From Tubiluchus corallicola (Eukaryota > Animalia > Priapulida): DNA of 64,000 nt. Both the position numbers and the translations under genes were made by a program. Below, piece by piece: positions 37,127-49,212 of the stretch. Under the pieces are notes generated by a model. It saw nothing but the letters and a program-made list of their open reading frames with translations. It was not told the DNA's origin and did not search any database. Location of the stretch: the NCBI GenBank assembly GCA_030141605.1, contig JAQGDQ010000661.1, forward strand, positions 52,952 through 116,951, read 5' to 3'. Each line of letters begins with the position of its first letter. The stretch's first letter is position 1.

Positions 37127-40100
37127 CCCCTCTCCCTGTTCCTCCTGTCTTAAAATATTCAATTTCATTTCTAGTCAACACCTAGCCTAACACTGTTATT
37201 TATCAATTTTCCCTCCCTCCCGTTTCTCAGCAGATTTGTTGTTTGAATAAGGTGTAAATACAACAGCTGCTAAACCCTAGCTATCTCCCACATGTAATAA
37301 ACTGAGAAGCTGCTCTCAATATAAGCAACGAACAACAATGTTGTTGAGTGTTTTAACAAAATGGCGGCATACCCAACACCTGTAGTATTGATTCGTTTTT
37401 CTATTCGTTATCCCCACTAAAAGTGACATCCGGAAAAGAAGGCAAAAGTTACACTGACAATGGATTTTATATCAATTCTTCCTCTAAAATATGCCGAGTT
37501 GAGCAATATAGAAGAAAAATACCAAGTTTTGTGATTGCTAAAACTTCTTCAAGACCTTAAAAGAGTGCTGTATTTTGTATAGGTTCACGAAACACTGCTG
37601 TCACTATGCAGCGATCAACTTATATTTATATAACTATATAAGAAATGCATTTGCTTACCTTAGACAAATTAAAAAATCGATTTTTCATAAATAAATTGAA
37701 AAAAAAGCTTACAATAACTGCAGTGTTTGCACTGTAACAAAGTACAGTATCACTTGTATGAAATCGCCTAATGCAGAAATTTCAACTATCCAGACACAAC
37801 TCTGATAAACTTTGGACTCAAGTCTCCTCTATTTTTAAGAAGAAATTCCTGTTAAAAGCTGAAACGACCTTAGTTTCTCCTTGGCTGATGGGTTACGGGT
37901 TGGTTTTTCCTGGAACTCTGCACAGTAGACATTCTCTTTGGCTTTAGCAAGTAGGTGATCAATAAAATAGTGTGTACCCCCACGCAAGTGTACACCAGAC
38001 TAAGCTACTCAGAAAAGGCTAATTTGGAGTGCCTGAAAAGGGCATGTTTTTCTTAACGTTATGTGATAAAATCACTTATAAATGTTTAAGCAAACAGCAA
38101 GATGGGATAGCCGATATTCTCCTGAACAGAACGGAACTTAATTTGTAATCATTTAGCTATGTTTGCACTCATACAGTAGCAGAAAAGTCCTACAATGACT
38201 ATTTTGAATCGCCCTGAAGGAGTCGAGCATTAAGATGTATAGAAAGAAATCTGTTCTACTGAATCTGCCTGAGATTAACGATGTTGCAGGTACAAATGTT
38301 TTGGTCCATTACCCCTTCTCAAGGTCCTATATGCATTAGAAGCCACAATATATTAGACTGTAGTTCAACTAGCTAGACTACTTTTTCTCAAGGTAGTATA
38401 TGCAATAGAAGCCACAATATATTAGACTGTAGTTCAACAAGCTAGACTACTTTTTCTACTCTGACACTGTATAGGTGGAACTTGTTAAGTACACACGTCT
38501 CTGTTACATTTAAAATTTGACTTATAATTATACTGCTACCTTTTACTGACATTCTGGCTTCTTCTCGACTCAATATTGGACCAACAATGTATGTATGCAT
38601 TTTAGCATTCTAGTGTAACGTAGTAACCTGTAGCACTTATTTTCTAGCACTTATTTCAGTAGTTTTGTAGAGGTAGTAATTGTAGACTACAGAAAATTTG
38701 TATTTTTTGCGGAATAAACTAACACAGATATGAGAACACAACATTGGTTTAAGCTCATACATTCATTACAACCGATATTTCAAATTATCCAGAGTTTACT
38801 GTATTTTTGGTCTTTCATTCCGCATCCGCAATCATTGTTTACACAACAATGGCTAAATAATTTGCAGTCAAAAACCCTGAAAACTAATGAACCCTTAAAA
38901 GAGAACCAGATGATTGTGTAAACACGAGTTCAGAATAAAGAATACTCTAAAATATTGAAAACTACAACAGCTTATTTTACATCAAAGCTTAGATTAAATA
39001 ATAATTACCTCGGACACTCAAATTTCGTTAAACTTCCAAAGCTACGCGCTGCTCAGTGAATCTACTAACATTGGCAGCGGCGCCTTTTTGTCACATTCGC
39101 GTGACCAACAAATAGAAGGCGGTACCGTGATAAGCACGATCATGAACTGCTGTGTTAGCTTCTGACGTCATATGATGTAAAGCACATTTTTTGTAACATC
39201 GTGGGTTTAAACAGTACGGTAATGCTTATGCAAATGTGCTTGATGCGCAAGGGAAGATGCCTACCATTGCACAAACTGAGGTTAGTTTCTGACGTAAGCA
39301 ATAGCTGTGTTCGGTTGCCGTTAATTAACTTTCTAAGCTAATTATTCAAATATAAGGAATAATTGTTAACTTTTATAGGCAAGAAAATGTATATTTTAGA
39401 CAGTAAATTAAAATGAGATTGAGTCCAAACAATCATCCGGTCTTCCTGTAACGTAAATTTTAGTATCACTTCTTATACATTTTTCCTTACTTGATAATTC
39501 CCGTCTTGCAACCTGGTTCTATCTACAGTGGGAGCTTTCACATTGGTGCATCGTTTAGCTGTGTCTGGACATACATCCTCTTTGTCGGCTACTGGATGCT
39601 GCCGCAGTCCTAGCGATGAGTGGGCTCTCCTGTATTTAACATCGCTATGAGGTGGGGGTGACTGAGAAGTATAAAGATAATTTAAATATCATGAAAATTA
39701 AAAATAATTAAATACAAGAAAAGATTTAGCGAAACTTCTGAGGTGAATTGTAGCTAAAATTCTAAAATTATTTCTGCTTAAAAACATCAAACTGCGTTTG
39801 CTAAGATACGTACTTTATTTATCTAAAATCACTTACTTAGAGCACAAGAAGAGCCTCCACTTAGATAAAGCTTAAAAAAATTTGTCTTCAAATTTTATAC
39901 CACTTACATACTGCCTTTTTGCATACAGGACTTGCATCGGCAGTAATGCTGCATAAAACGTGTAAATTTAAACTCCCGCGATGACCGTTAGATGCAGCCA
40001 TTTTAATGGTAGGTCGTTTGAAACAAGTTTTGATAACATTAAGTAGAGTTTGAAAAAAATAATCAGAGTATTCGTAGCATACATGTTACTAATTAAGTAA

Positions 40101-43100
40101 AATTTTAAATTACTGTATCTTGTCGATAAGAACAAAAATACGTTTTTGGCTAGTGAGTGGCGCACCCTGGAGGGTGAGTCAGCGACATTTTACTAATTGG
40201 CACAAACATTTTAACATTCTAGTTACATAATTCTTTCCAGCTGGTACACGAAATGCTAAGTAATATAGAAACGGAAAGTTTTTGGGGACATAATTTAACA
40301 TTGCCTTTTCTTGCCCTGATTTACGTTTGGTACATGACGTCATGTAATGGCGATAACACCATTTGGCCGTTAATAAGATGATGTGGCAGCAAATACGATA
40401 TTTTTTAGCCTCCAATACGACAATCAGCATCAGACAAAATGGCAACCCGGCTAAGAGTTAGCCACAGAATAATGTGACTACGTCCTCGCCGAAATCACAA
40501 TGTTATAATAATTATTGCGTTCCACATTTTAAATTTAAAAAATAGTCTTTATATTACTGCACCAGGCAAGCATTGAGCAAATGGGAAAACATACGACAGT
40601 GCGATTAGACAAAAACAATTTTTATTGTGGGAATGATCACTTTGAAAATACTGGTGCCACATCTTATGTACACTTTATGCAACAAAGTAGATGATGTATA
40701 CAAAACTTTTGCGACACCCTGTACCATACAGTGCCATAAGCCAAACTTACCACCATGTACTCTGTTACTTTAGGTGGAACTGCGCTATATTTCTTTGATC
40801 TCCACAAAGCTTTAACCGGCCGATTCACCTCCTCTTGCCTTCTCTCCCGATTATGTCTCTGTATTTCACGCAGCAGCCGTACGTTGTCAGCCAGATGGTT
40901 CCGAGGTTTATTTTTACCTGTACAATCATTTATATGTCTTTAGTATATATTTAAGTAGACCTGCATAGTAGTAGTAGCAGCAGCAGTAGTAGTGAACTGA
41001 ACTGAGAGGTACAGCACCTTGTTTCGAGGTTTATTTTTACCTGTACAATCATTTATATGTCTTTAGTATTTATTTAAGTAGACCTGCATAGTAGTAGTAG
41101 TAGAAGCAGCAGTACCAGTGAACTGAACTGAGAGGTACAGCACCTTGTTTCGAGGTTTATTTTTACCTGTACAATCATTTATGTCTTTAGTATATATTTA
41201 AGTAGACCTGCATAGTAGTAGCAGCAGTAGTAGTAGTAGTGAACTGAACTGAGAGGTACAGCACCTTGTTTCGAGGTTTATTTTTACCCGTACAATCATT
41301 TATATGTCTTTGGTATATATTTAAGTAGACCTGCATAGTAGTAATAGCAGCAGCAGTAGTAGCAAACTGAACGGAGAGGTACAGCACCTTGTTTTGAGGT
41401 TTATTTTTACCTGTACAGTCATTTATATGTCTTTGGTATATATTTAAGTAGACCTGCATAGTAGTAGTAGCAGCAGCAGTAGTAGCGAACTGAACTGAGA
41501 GGTACAGCACCTTGTTTCGAGGTTTATTTTTACCTGTACAATCATTTATATGTCTTTAGTATATATTTAAGTAGACCTGCATAGTAGTAGCAGCAGCAGC
41601 AGCAGTAGTGAACTGAACTGAGAGGTACAGCACCTTGTTTCGAGGTTTATTTTTACCTGTACAATCATTTATGTCTTTAGTATTATTTAAGTAACCTGCA
41701 AGAGTAGTGAACTGAACTGAGAGGTACAGCACCTTGTTTCGAGGTTTATTTTTACCTACAACATTTATAGTCTTTGATATATTTAATAACCTGCATAGTA
41801 GTGAACTGAACGAGAGGTACAGCACCTTGTTTCGAGGTTTATTTTTACCTGTACAATCATTTATATGTCTTTAGTATATATTTAAGTAGACCTGCATAGT
41901 AGTAGTGAACTGAACTGAGAGGTACAGCACCTTGTTTCGAGGTTTATTTTTACCTCTACAATCATTTATATGTCTTTAGTATATATTTAAGTAGACCTGC
42001 ATAGTAGCAGCAGCAGCAGCAGCAGCAGCAGTAGTGAACTGAACTGAGAGGTACAGCACCTTGTTTTGAGGTTTATTTTTACCTGTACAGTCATTTATAT
42101 GTCCTTGGTATATATTTAAGTAGACCAGCATAGTAGCAGTAGCAGCAGCAGTAGTAGTGTACTGAACTGAGAGGTACAGCACCTGTTTTTTGTGCAATGC
42201 ATTTTGAAATGCAAGCGCTAGTGCCCGTCTGATTAGCCAATGGGGAAATTTGAGTGGTAATAATTCTTTCACGTAGGTCAGAGCAGATTGTCCATCTACA
42301 ATACAATGAGAATTGTACAAAACGGCAACCCTGGACGAGAGTTAGCCGTGGAAAAACATGCCACGTTGTGCGTTCCTCCAAAAAGTGATGTCACAACAAT
42401 TATTGCATATTCATATTAACACATACTATTGAAAAATACGCTTTTATATGACTGTGTCAAGTAAGGATGTAAACCTAGAAGCAGGGATGAGAATGACAAA
42501 TTGCAAAAAACTCTGAAACAGGCCGGGGGGTTGGGGGCCACGTAGACCACCGTGGGTGTTCAAGTGGGCAAAGCCCCCTTGCAGCTAGCAAGAAATTGCA
42601 GTTTTGTGACTTAAAATATCAATTACCTTGTTTCATGCATAATTTAAAATACCCAACTATCAAGGATACATGATACCTAATTGACTCAAAAGCGCCTAAG
42701 TACTGGCCGCTCCTATGCAAAAGTATATAAAAACTGTCTGCAATTGACTCAAATAACTCCACACAATTGATTCTATATTTTTATACATAGAGATATACAC
42801 GTGGTTACACTAATGTACGTGATGTAAACAAAGTGATGGCCCGCCAACTAGCGGTCAGTTTGTGAAATAATGTACTGGGTTCGTAAAAATTTTCTCAACG
42901 AATTTACACGATTTACAAAAATGGCACTACTGGTCTTCCAAAAACTCGGAATTCGCGAAAAATTCTCATCCCTGCCTACAAGGCCGGTTGCGCGATAAAA
43001 AATATTACCCGAGTGAAAGGACAGAATCTGAATATTTTTATTGTGGGCCCCAAGTGGGTCAGAAGTACCGTAACATAATGGATCCATGATGGTATTACTA

Positions 43101-43380
43101 GACTGCAAATGCATACATAACTCAATTAATTTTGACGTAATAGAAAAAATGTTTTCTTGACTGAAAAATAATCACCTTTGTGAGGCACGCCAAACTGGAT
43201 TCCATTTAGCTGCAGTAGAAGGTTTCCTACTACGCCATCTTTGTGCCGTAAAGCTATTCGTTTGCCTTCGCCACTGTTTCGGCTTGACGGCCGGAGGACA
43301 AGCTTCTGTTGTCCGGCCGCTTCGTCGCTGTCCAGTGAAAAGTCTTCGTCGGGGTCAGGCGGTATTGGTCCGAGTGACAT
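30249..43380 (-). CDS. ENKD1: Enkurin domain-containing protein 1 (7 coding exons, 414 aa)
   Basis: Exons 43380-43176, 40917-40751, 39661-39491, 35661-35434, 33087-32912, 31943-31807 and 30409-30249; all GT-AG with matching phases 1,0,0,0,2,1; total 1245 nt. Motifs recognised from vertebrate ENKD1: GPIPPDP, VGNLLLQLNGI, RPVKALWRS..Y, RAHS, DFIKLNA, KGSIPKYL, PDPSVPPGHKLMP..ERLETL, LDKKLTEVDEAIKIFSRPKVFIK. Confidence 0.93.
30716..31080. mobile_element. hAT (Charlie-like) MITE in ENKD1 intron 6
   Basis: TIR CAGGGGTGTGCAAATTG / CAATTTGCTCACCCCTG, perfect 8-bp TSD GTCTAGAG, GCGGCCCG sub-terminal motifs. Confidence 0.92.
31807..31943 (-). CDS. ENKD1: ENKD1 exon 6
   Basis: LVDRRKQWMAEDEKRRAEMPDPSVPPGHKLMPNSERLETLNMLKK; attttag acceptor, GTAAGT donor. 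Confidence 0.93.
32512..32740. repeat. ~97-bp tandem repeat, about 2.3 copies
   Basis: CAGTGAATGGATGGGTGATAG recurs three times. Confidence 0.85.
32912..33087 (-). CDS. ENKD1: ENKD1 exon 5
   Basis: MNIEMKRPIDFIKLNALAAGHH...FQQHIKGSIPK; tttag acceptor, GTAAGC donor. Confidence 0.9.
33945..34470 (+). mobile_element. Dispersed repeat family D (starts TTAAAGCACAAGA; Kolobok-like end)
   Basis: Homologous to 39837-40350 and to fragments 32102-32300 and 33170-33300. Confidence 0.7.
34831..35261. mobile_element. Tc1/mariner (pogo/Tigger-like) MITE
   Basis: TA TSD; TIR CAGTGTTCCCTC(G/A)CT at both ends. Confidence 0.88.
35434..35661 (-). CDS. ENKD1: ENKD1 exon 4 (variable linker)
   Basis: 228-nt phase 0-0 open exon ASKGTPSGLRRCAS...LISKSE; tttttag acceptor, weak GTATTT donor; no recognised motif. 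Confidence 0.7.
35691..36203 (-). mobile_element. 5S rRNA-derived SINE, second copy
   Basis: Reverse complement of 18925-19468 lacking the first ~9 nt of 5S; perfect 10-bp TSD ATCATGAATT (35681-35690 and 36204-36213); (CAA)n tail. Confidence 0.9.
36730..37145. repeat. (CT)n microsatellite
   Basis: Read directly. Confidence 0.95.
37640..38190 (+). mobile_element. Dispersed repeat family C copy, uninterrupted
   Basis: Collinear with 18380-18924. Confidence 0.7.
38895..39451. mobile_element. TTAA-type (Kolobok-like) MITE, family B copy in ENKD1 intron 3
   Basis: Inverted homologue of 27663-28220. Confidence 0.7.
39491..39661 (-). CDS. ENKD1: ENKD1 exon 3
   Basis: 171-nt phase 0-0 exon SPPPHSDVKYRRAHSSLG...DGNYQ; cttctcag acceptor, GTAAGG donor; RAHS motif. 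Confidence 0.85.
39837..40350 (+). mobile_element. Dispersed repeat family D copy
   Basis: Collinear with 33945-34470. Confidence 0.7.
40751..40917 (-). CDS. ENKD1: ENKD1 exon 2
   Basis: KNKPRNHLADNVRLLREIQRHNRERRQEEVNRPVKALWRSKKYSAVPPKVTEYMV; tacag acceptor, GTAAGT donor. Confidence 0.92.
40902..42185. repeat. ~95-130-bp tandem array duplicating the ENKD1 intron 1/exon 2 junction
   Basis: Eleven occurrences of GAGGTTTATTTTTACC including the real one; each unit has a variable (TAG/CAG)n core. Confidence 0.95.
42482..42974. mobile_element. hAT-like MITE
   Basis: TIR CAGGGATGAGAAT / ATTCTCATCCCTG; 8-bp TSD CCTAGAAG/CCTACAAG; inverted copy at 59920-60386 and an end fragment near 53305-53327. 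Confidence 0.85.
43176..43380 (-). CDS. ENKD1: ENKD1 first coding exon
   Basis: MSLGPIPPDPDEDF...VVGNLLLQLNGIQFGVPHK; donor AAAG|GTGATT, phase 1. Confidence 0.9.
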
Positions 43381-43546
43381 AATTTTTGTGGTGACGTCAG
43401 TCTACAGCCTCCTCTGCTCTGAGTTCACTCATCTAAGCAAGAGAAGTGTAAAAACTGAAAACTAAAGTACTAAATGCCGAGTGCCAAGCTTCTAATTTGT
43501 TTAACCAAATTAGCAACTTAAACGAAAACCGGATGATTGTTTAGAC

Positions 43547-44140
43547 CAGTGGTTCCCAACCTTTTTTGACCCATTCCCCCCCCCCCCTATGAAGGCTGCT
43601 GATTCTCGTTCCCCCCAGCCCACAAACAAAATGAAAAATGCATTTTTTTAATTCATTTTTTAAATTTCAACATTTTTTTATTCATGAATAATAATACAAT
43701 CTGTGGTCACCACATTCAATGTGACTCTTGCTCCTGTTGAGAGGACACAATTTTCTTGATGTCGGGGGTTGTAACTGAGAGCGCCCCTCTCAAATCATTG
43801 CTCATATCTAATCGGTTGCGTGTTTTCGTTTTGCTAAATCCAACTTCACATAGGTAAGCAGTCGGGAATGACAGTAAAATCTGCTGAGCTTGTTTCTGCA
43901 GTATGCTGGCCAAGAGCAAGAGAGAGAGAGAGAGAGAGAGAGCTTCGCTCACTGCCGTGTGTGGTCAGGCCAGTGAGTGGGCTACTCCTCCTGTGCTAGG
44001 CAGCCACGTGATCGGATCTAAACGTCTTGAGCGGGAGGGTGTGTTGACTTGGCTATGAAGGCTTTCTGTACTTTTTTCTCTGCCTTTCTACATATTTTTA
44101 TTTTTTTCACCCATTTTTGCTTCTAGAAGTTTGTTCATGC
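43547..44140 (-). mobile_element. Internally deleted hAT (Buster/Charlie-type) remnant
   Basis: Terminus CAGTGGTTCCCAACCTTTT and a transposase C-terminal fragment LLSFPTAYLCEVGFS..KTRNRLD..DLR..LS..PDI..QQEQESH (hAT dimerisation region). The other TIR was not found. Confidence 0.8.
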
Positions 44141-44287
44141 TGAAATAACTAATTTTTCATAATAACAATTAATATTGGTTATGGCATTATTATAATTAAC
44201 TAAGCGCAGTTAGATTTTCGTTTCCACAGCCGTAATGTTAATAAACATTTCATTGAACTCTGCTTAGCCATAGCAAGATAATTAGGT

Positions 44288-44900
44288 AATTATTATTATT
44301 ATTATTAAAAATCTTTATTGAAAATTATACAATAAGCCCTCTATTTGCAGGGCACACAAAAGTACAAAAATGTTAAATAAGTCTTTACACTATAAATTAC
44401 TTAGTAAACAAGCTGACAATTTTGCATTACGATTTACTTATTCTAAATATATATCCAATATTTATAATCAATGTATAATCAATTTACTATAAGATCATTT
44501 TGGGTTAGTTCTTTTACAATATCTATATACAATTTAATTACATTAGTGTCTCTCTTTCTGTAAATGTTTCGAATGTCATTATTTTCTAAGGTGCGTTCGA
44601 GATTTACTCTTATATCTTGTCTAACCAATGGTAACGGACAATGAAAAATTCAATGTTCTGGGGTTTGACTGCCCAAACTGCAAACACACAGATCTGAATC
44701 AGTTATTCCTATCCTGTATTTAAATGATTTGCAACCTCTTCCGAGTAGAAGAGCCAACGCACTTTTTTCTATAAATCTTCATATTTACTGACTGGTATAT
44801 CTAATGGTGTTGTAAATACAGGAATTAACTCTCGTGGATTACCGTGGTCAACTGGTTTACATGTTGTATTTTTATACTCCATAAAACTTTGATGTATTTG
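44288..44900 (-). mobile_element. Decayed non-LTR retrotransposon 3' end
   Basis: Frameshifted YRIGITDSDLCVC..QTPEH*IFHCP CCHC-knuckle-like remnant, followed by AATAAA and an (AAT)n tail. Confidence 0.5.
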
Positions 44901-45111
44901 TCCACTTCATTTTTATTATATTTGACGTTTGTTGTCCAAATTACCGACCGCCAACGTATCATTACGGGCAATTTCTACACCTTTTGTAATCTTTAAAAAC
45001 AATTCAGCTTTTGTTATGTGATTAGCCAAAAAATGATTAAAATAATTAGATTAACAAACACAAAGGCAAAATGTGTAAGCTTAGGACATACATAGGACAC
45101 AAAAAGAAAAC

Positions 45112-45843
45112 GGCACTATTACACTTTCGCACCGCCTAGCTTTTTCTAGGTTATTACTCGTTTTTAGGCTCGTAAGTCATCATTCTATTATTCTTACGTC
45201 ATCAGTGAATGTTTCCGCTAATCTAATTGTAATTTAATAATATATTTAGGTATAATTACCAATAATTACGCTGTATTCACAGTTCTACACCTATACAGGG
45301 CGTATCGCCATCTTGTTTGTGTGTAGTCACGCGACGAATTTCGTACTAGTTTATGCATTATCTGGGCCTAGCTTAAAAGCACGTGACACACTTTCATCTT
45401 CACCGCATTTACGAAATAAAGAAAAAACCTTTACTTTTTTTATAATCTAATAGTAATAATACTACAGTAATAAATCAATTTAATGATAAATAACTGTAGT
45501 CGTCTAAAATAATTTCCCGCGATACGATACAAACTCCCGTAGCTGCAACCCTAATAATCATAAATTATGCGAAGAAACTAAAAATACAGGTTAAGGGCCA
45601 CACACGTCACTGCGCGAGAGCGATTGCGCATCAGTGGTGTAAACACGGTTATTCACGTGCAGCTTTTAATGGCGGCGGTAGGTAAGTAATGCATGATTTT
45701 AATCTGGACTTATAAAGCGTAAGAAGCAATATATTATGGGAATATGGTGTATATTATGCCTGTTGGTCTGCTTTCTGGCCTGCAGGCGTGAAAACAACCA
45801 ATAGGCCAGGAAAAGCTAGGCGGTGCGAAAGTGTAATAGCGCC
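45112..45843. mobile_element. Mutator (MULE)-like MITE
   Basis: 33-bp TIR GGC(A/G)CTATTACACTTTCGCACCGCCTAGCTTTT; perfect 9-bp TSD AAAGAAAAC (45103-45111 and 45844-45852). Confidence 0.9.
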
Positions 45844-46479
45844 AAAGAAAACGCCCTGGCGTCCTATCCGCAATAGCAACAGTATTATAAATTAGCGATG
45901 AGTACGACTCGATGTCTAAAACTCTCTCACGCTTTTATTTTAGGAAAGTGATAAAAACCTCGCAGCTCTCTTACTTACTCATTTTCAGAATTTAAACAAA
46001 AATAGTCTCCCGCAGTATGGGGAATCACCAGCGTATTTGGAATCAAAACTCTATTCCAAAGATCATCGCACACGACCAAGTTTGTAATTGTCTGTGCTGG
46101 TATAATTATACTGTATGCAACAACCCATAGAACCCAAGACACATTCATTACTTTCAGTCTATATTTGAGTTCTCCACATCTCCAGGCCAGAGTCTATTGA
46201 CAAAATATTCATGCAGATGCTTTAGTTAACACAAAGGAGGTAATTGCAATGGAAATCTTTCTCACAAAACTGAAAAGGAGTTCACGGTGATGTAGTTATT
46301 GTATCTACGTACAAAGTTGCAGCTTGACCAATATATGAGTAGATGTGAATTCCTTTGTCACCTCACTATGTTGCCCTGAAGAATGCTTTAGACTCAGTGG
46401 AGGTGAATGTACTAGTTTGCATGGCCTCTGAATTTCAACCTGACTCTGTATTTTTTCTTGAACAATGCCTTGACAAAAT

Positions 46480-46700
46480 AAATGCCATGGTAACTCAATT
46501 TTACGTAGTGATAATTTTTTCCTAGACTTCCATGTGGTTAATTTACATAGACACAACTCTACTGTATTTTTACTATACTGTCGCACAAATATCACTTCTT
46601 GTATGTTCTTCCACTCTCGAGCTATGGGTCCTTGGAATTCACTTAATAGTCAAATTGTTGAAGCACAAAATGTGGTTCAAGTTCTAAAATCATTGAGGGA
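46480..46700 (+). mobile_element. CR1/L2-type LINE ORF2 C-terminal remnant
   Basis: FFHSRAMGPWNSLNSQIVEAQNV resembles the FFxxRxxxxWNxLP motif at CR1-group ORF2 ends. Confidence 0.5.
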
Positions 46701-46831
46701 GACTGTAAAAAGCCGTGTTATAGTCAACTCTCTTAGACTTTGGCACCAAGCCAGTTGATGTGAATCTAAAACTAGCAAAACGTGGGCACTATAATGGTGT
46801 CGGTTTGTTTAAACATAATTATATCAGCCAG

Positions 46832-47255
46832 TAGGGGTGAGCATCGAACGTTCGAGTTCAAACATTCGAATTGAATTCGAACTCTCGAATTCGATTCGAA
46901 CGAGTTTTTTAGTTCGAACTCGATTTGAATCCAAAACTATAGATTCGAATAATTCAGACTTCAATCACATATGTTCCTGATCACTAAAACGATTGAAACA
47001 TCATGCATTTAGCGTAATTTAGCTGTGATTTCTGCGCACAACTTTAAACAAATTACTAGTCGTTTTATTGCAGAACAAAATCTAGTGATATGCATGATCT
47101 TTGTAAGACTAATTTTTACTGGTGGTTCGAAAACTCGTTCGAAAAATCAATCTCAATTCGAATTCGAAACACTGAAGTTCGGTTCGATTCGAATTCGAAA
47201 GTCACAAATTCGGTTCGATTCGAATTCGCTTTCTGGTAGAGAATGCTCAGCCCTG
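46832..47255. mobile_element. hAT MITE with TTCGAA sub-terminal repeats
   Basis: TIR TAGGGGTGAGCAT / ATGCTCAGCCCTG; perfect 8-bp TSD TCAGCCAG. Confidence 0.9.
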
Positions 47256-47819
47256 TCAGCCAGTGCTATAAGTGAGGATTCTCACATCAAAATAAAAATC
47301 TTGAGAATTTACGTCTTCAGTTCACAATGTTTTTCTCATGTGCCAACTTGAAATTAGATAAGCCAGTATGCCGGGCTATATTATTTCAGTTCTCACGTAA
47401 CTTTGATGAGAATAAAGTACATAATCAGACAAAAAATGTTCTGAATATCACTGAATCTCTTTCAAAGAGTGGAGCAATGATATTTCCAGTCAATTAGAGA
47501 TGTTTAAGTCATTTTCCAAGTTGCTAAATTAAACAGACAAAATTCTACAATTTGACTGAACTTGCATTTAAATCTGTATGCATAAACTAATAATTATATA
47601 AATACTTTGAGACAGATGATGAGAAATAAAAATCTTTACTTATTTGCTTACTAACTCTTACTTACGCGACCCAAAATGCGTCTGACATATGTCGCAAAGA
47701 TTATAGCTATTTTCATATATTATTATAATTATGTTTTCTACCTGATAAATCTAATAATGAGATCATCATGTGCACTGTATAGCTTATGAAGTCATTTCGA
47801 GAATTTTCAGTTCATTGGG

Positions 47820-49212
47820 AATGTAGATAAAATGTCACAAATGAAAAAGTAGATAAAAATGGCAAAGGAAAAACGGCACAAGAAAAAATGACATCAACGG
47901 AAAAGTATGTAAAAATGGCACAATAAAAAAATGGCACAGGAAAAAATGGCACACTTAGTAAAATGTGTTTAGGGTTAGGGTTACAATGGGGAACAATTAT
48001 TTCAGTTATTTCACCTCTGCCAAGGAAGTTATACTACCACAGTTAGTTTGGTTTTTTGTCTGTAGTAAGCCTCATAGGCAAAAACTTTCTAACAAATTTC
48101 CAAGAAACTTCGTGAAGAAAAGTGGGTATGGAGTGTCAAAATGGGAATTGTGATAGTCATTTTGAAGTTGTAGATCACTCACTTTGTTATGATTGAGTTT
48201 AGGCACAGAAGTATGAATAAGAATAAAAAATCTATAATACATATTTGCACAGCACACAACAGAAAAGTGTTTATTAAAACTACAGAAACATGAGTAGCAC
48301 AACTGCTGCACTGAACACTGAGAATGAGAGAGTGACTAGAAAGCAAAAACAGTCAGTATATACAGGTATAGAACTTGACCTATGCAGACTTGCACAGGCT
48401 TCACAACAACCATTACTTTTAAATAGGGAGAGGACCAGTGTGTACGCATTCACTGGACCATACAATTATACTGAGGGTAAGTCAGTTGGTAGAATGAAAC
48501 AGGATTAGCCCGTAGATGGCAGCACCTAATTACAATGTACAATTCCAACTTCCACATCAATTGTTGTTATGGTTCTTTTTTCGCAAAACTTAACCGAACA
48601 CCGCGTACAGAAAAAAGCATTTATGAAGCATTTCGTGGAGGTCTTAGAGGGGAGTGTTTAGTTCTTTTTATTATCCCAGTTGGACAAACAACTACGAGCT
48701 AGTTCCAGGTTTTACTTTAAGAAAATCTCGCTTGTAAAACACGGTAACGCTGTCTATAACATTTGCTTATTAGTACGTAGAGCCCTGTGAGGTACATATA
48801 TATTTTTCACCATATTACCACTGTCAAAATTAATAGCGAAAAGGTAGATAAACAATCTGCGGCAAATATGTGCTTTTTTGATTATAAATCCAATTTTAAT
48901 TGTCTTTTTATTTTAAATTTTAATGTAATTTTTTTAATTTAAATATTTTGTGGGGTTTTCCAGTGTATACTTTTACATGTACGGTTCTATTTGGCTTAAT
49001 TTTTTTTAGTCAAAAGAATCAGACGAGTAAAATCAAAATAACATAATTATGTGCCATTTTACCCGTGCCATTTTTTCTCTGCCATTTTACTTTGCTATTT
49101 TTTCTGTGCCATTTTTACCTACTCTTCCATTTGTGCCATTTTTACTGTGCAATTTTTAAAATTGCAATTTTTTGCTATGCCACTTTTACCTGTGCCATTT
49201 TTACTGTGCACC
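47820..49212. mobile_element. Foldback-like element (AAAATGGCACA ... TGTGCCATTTT arms) split by about 1 kb of other sequence
   Basis: Left arm 47820-47985 ends in TTAGGGTTAGGGTTA; right arm 49050-49212. Confidence 0.5.

Noticed and set aside
46480-46495. RFX X-box-like TGCCATGGTAAC upstream of the ciliary gene ENKD1
   Set aside because: Only a partial match, 3 kb away, and inside a probable LINE remnant.
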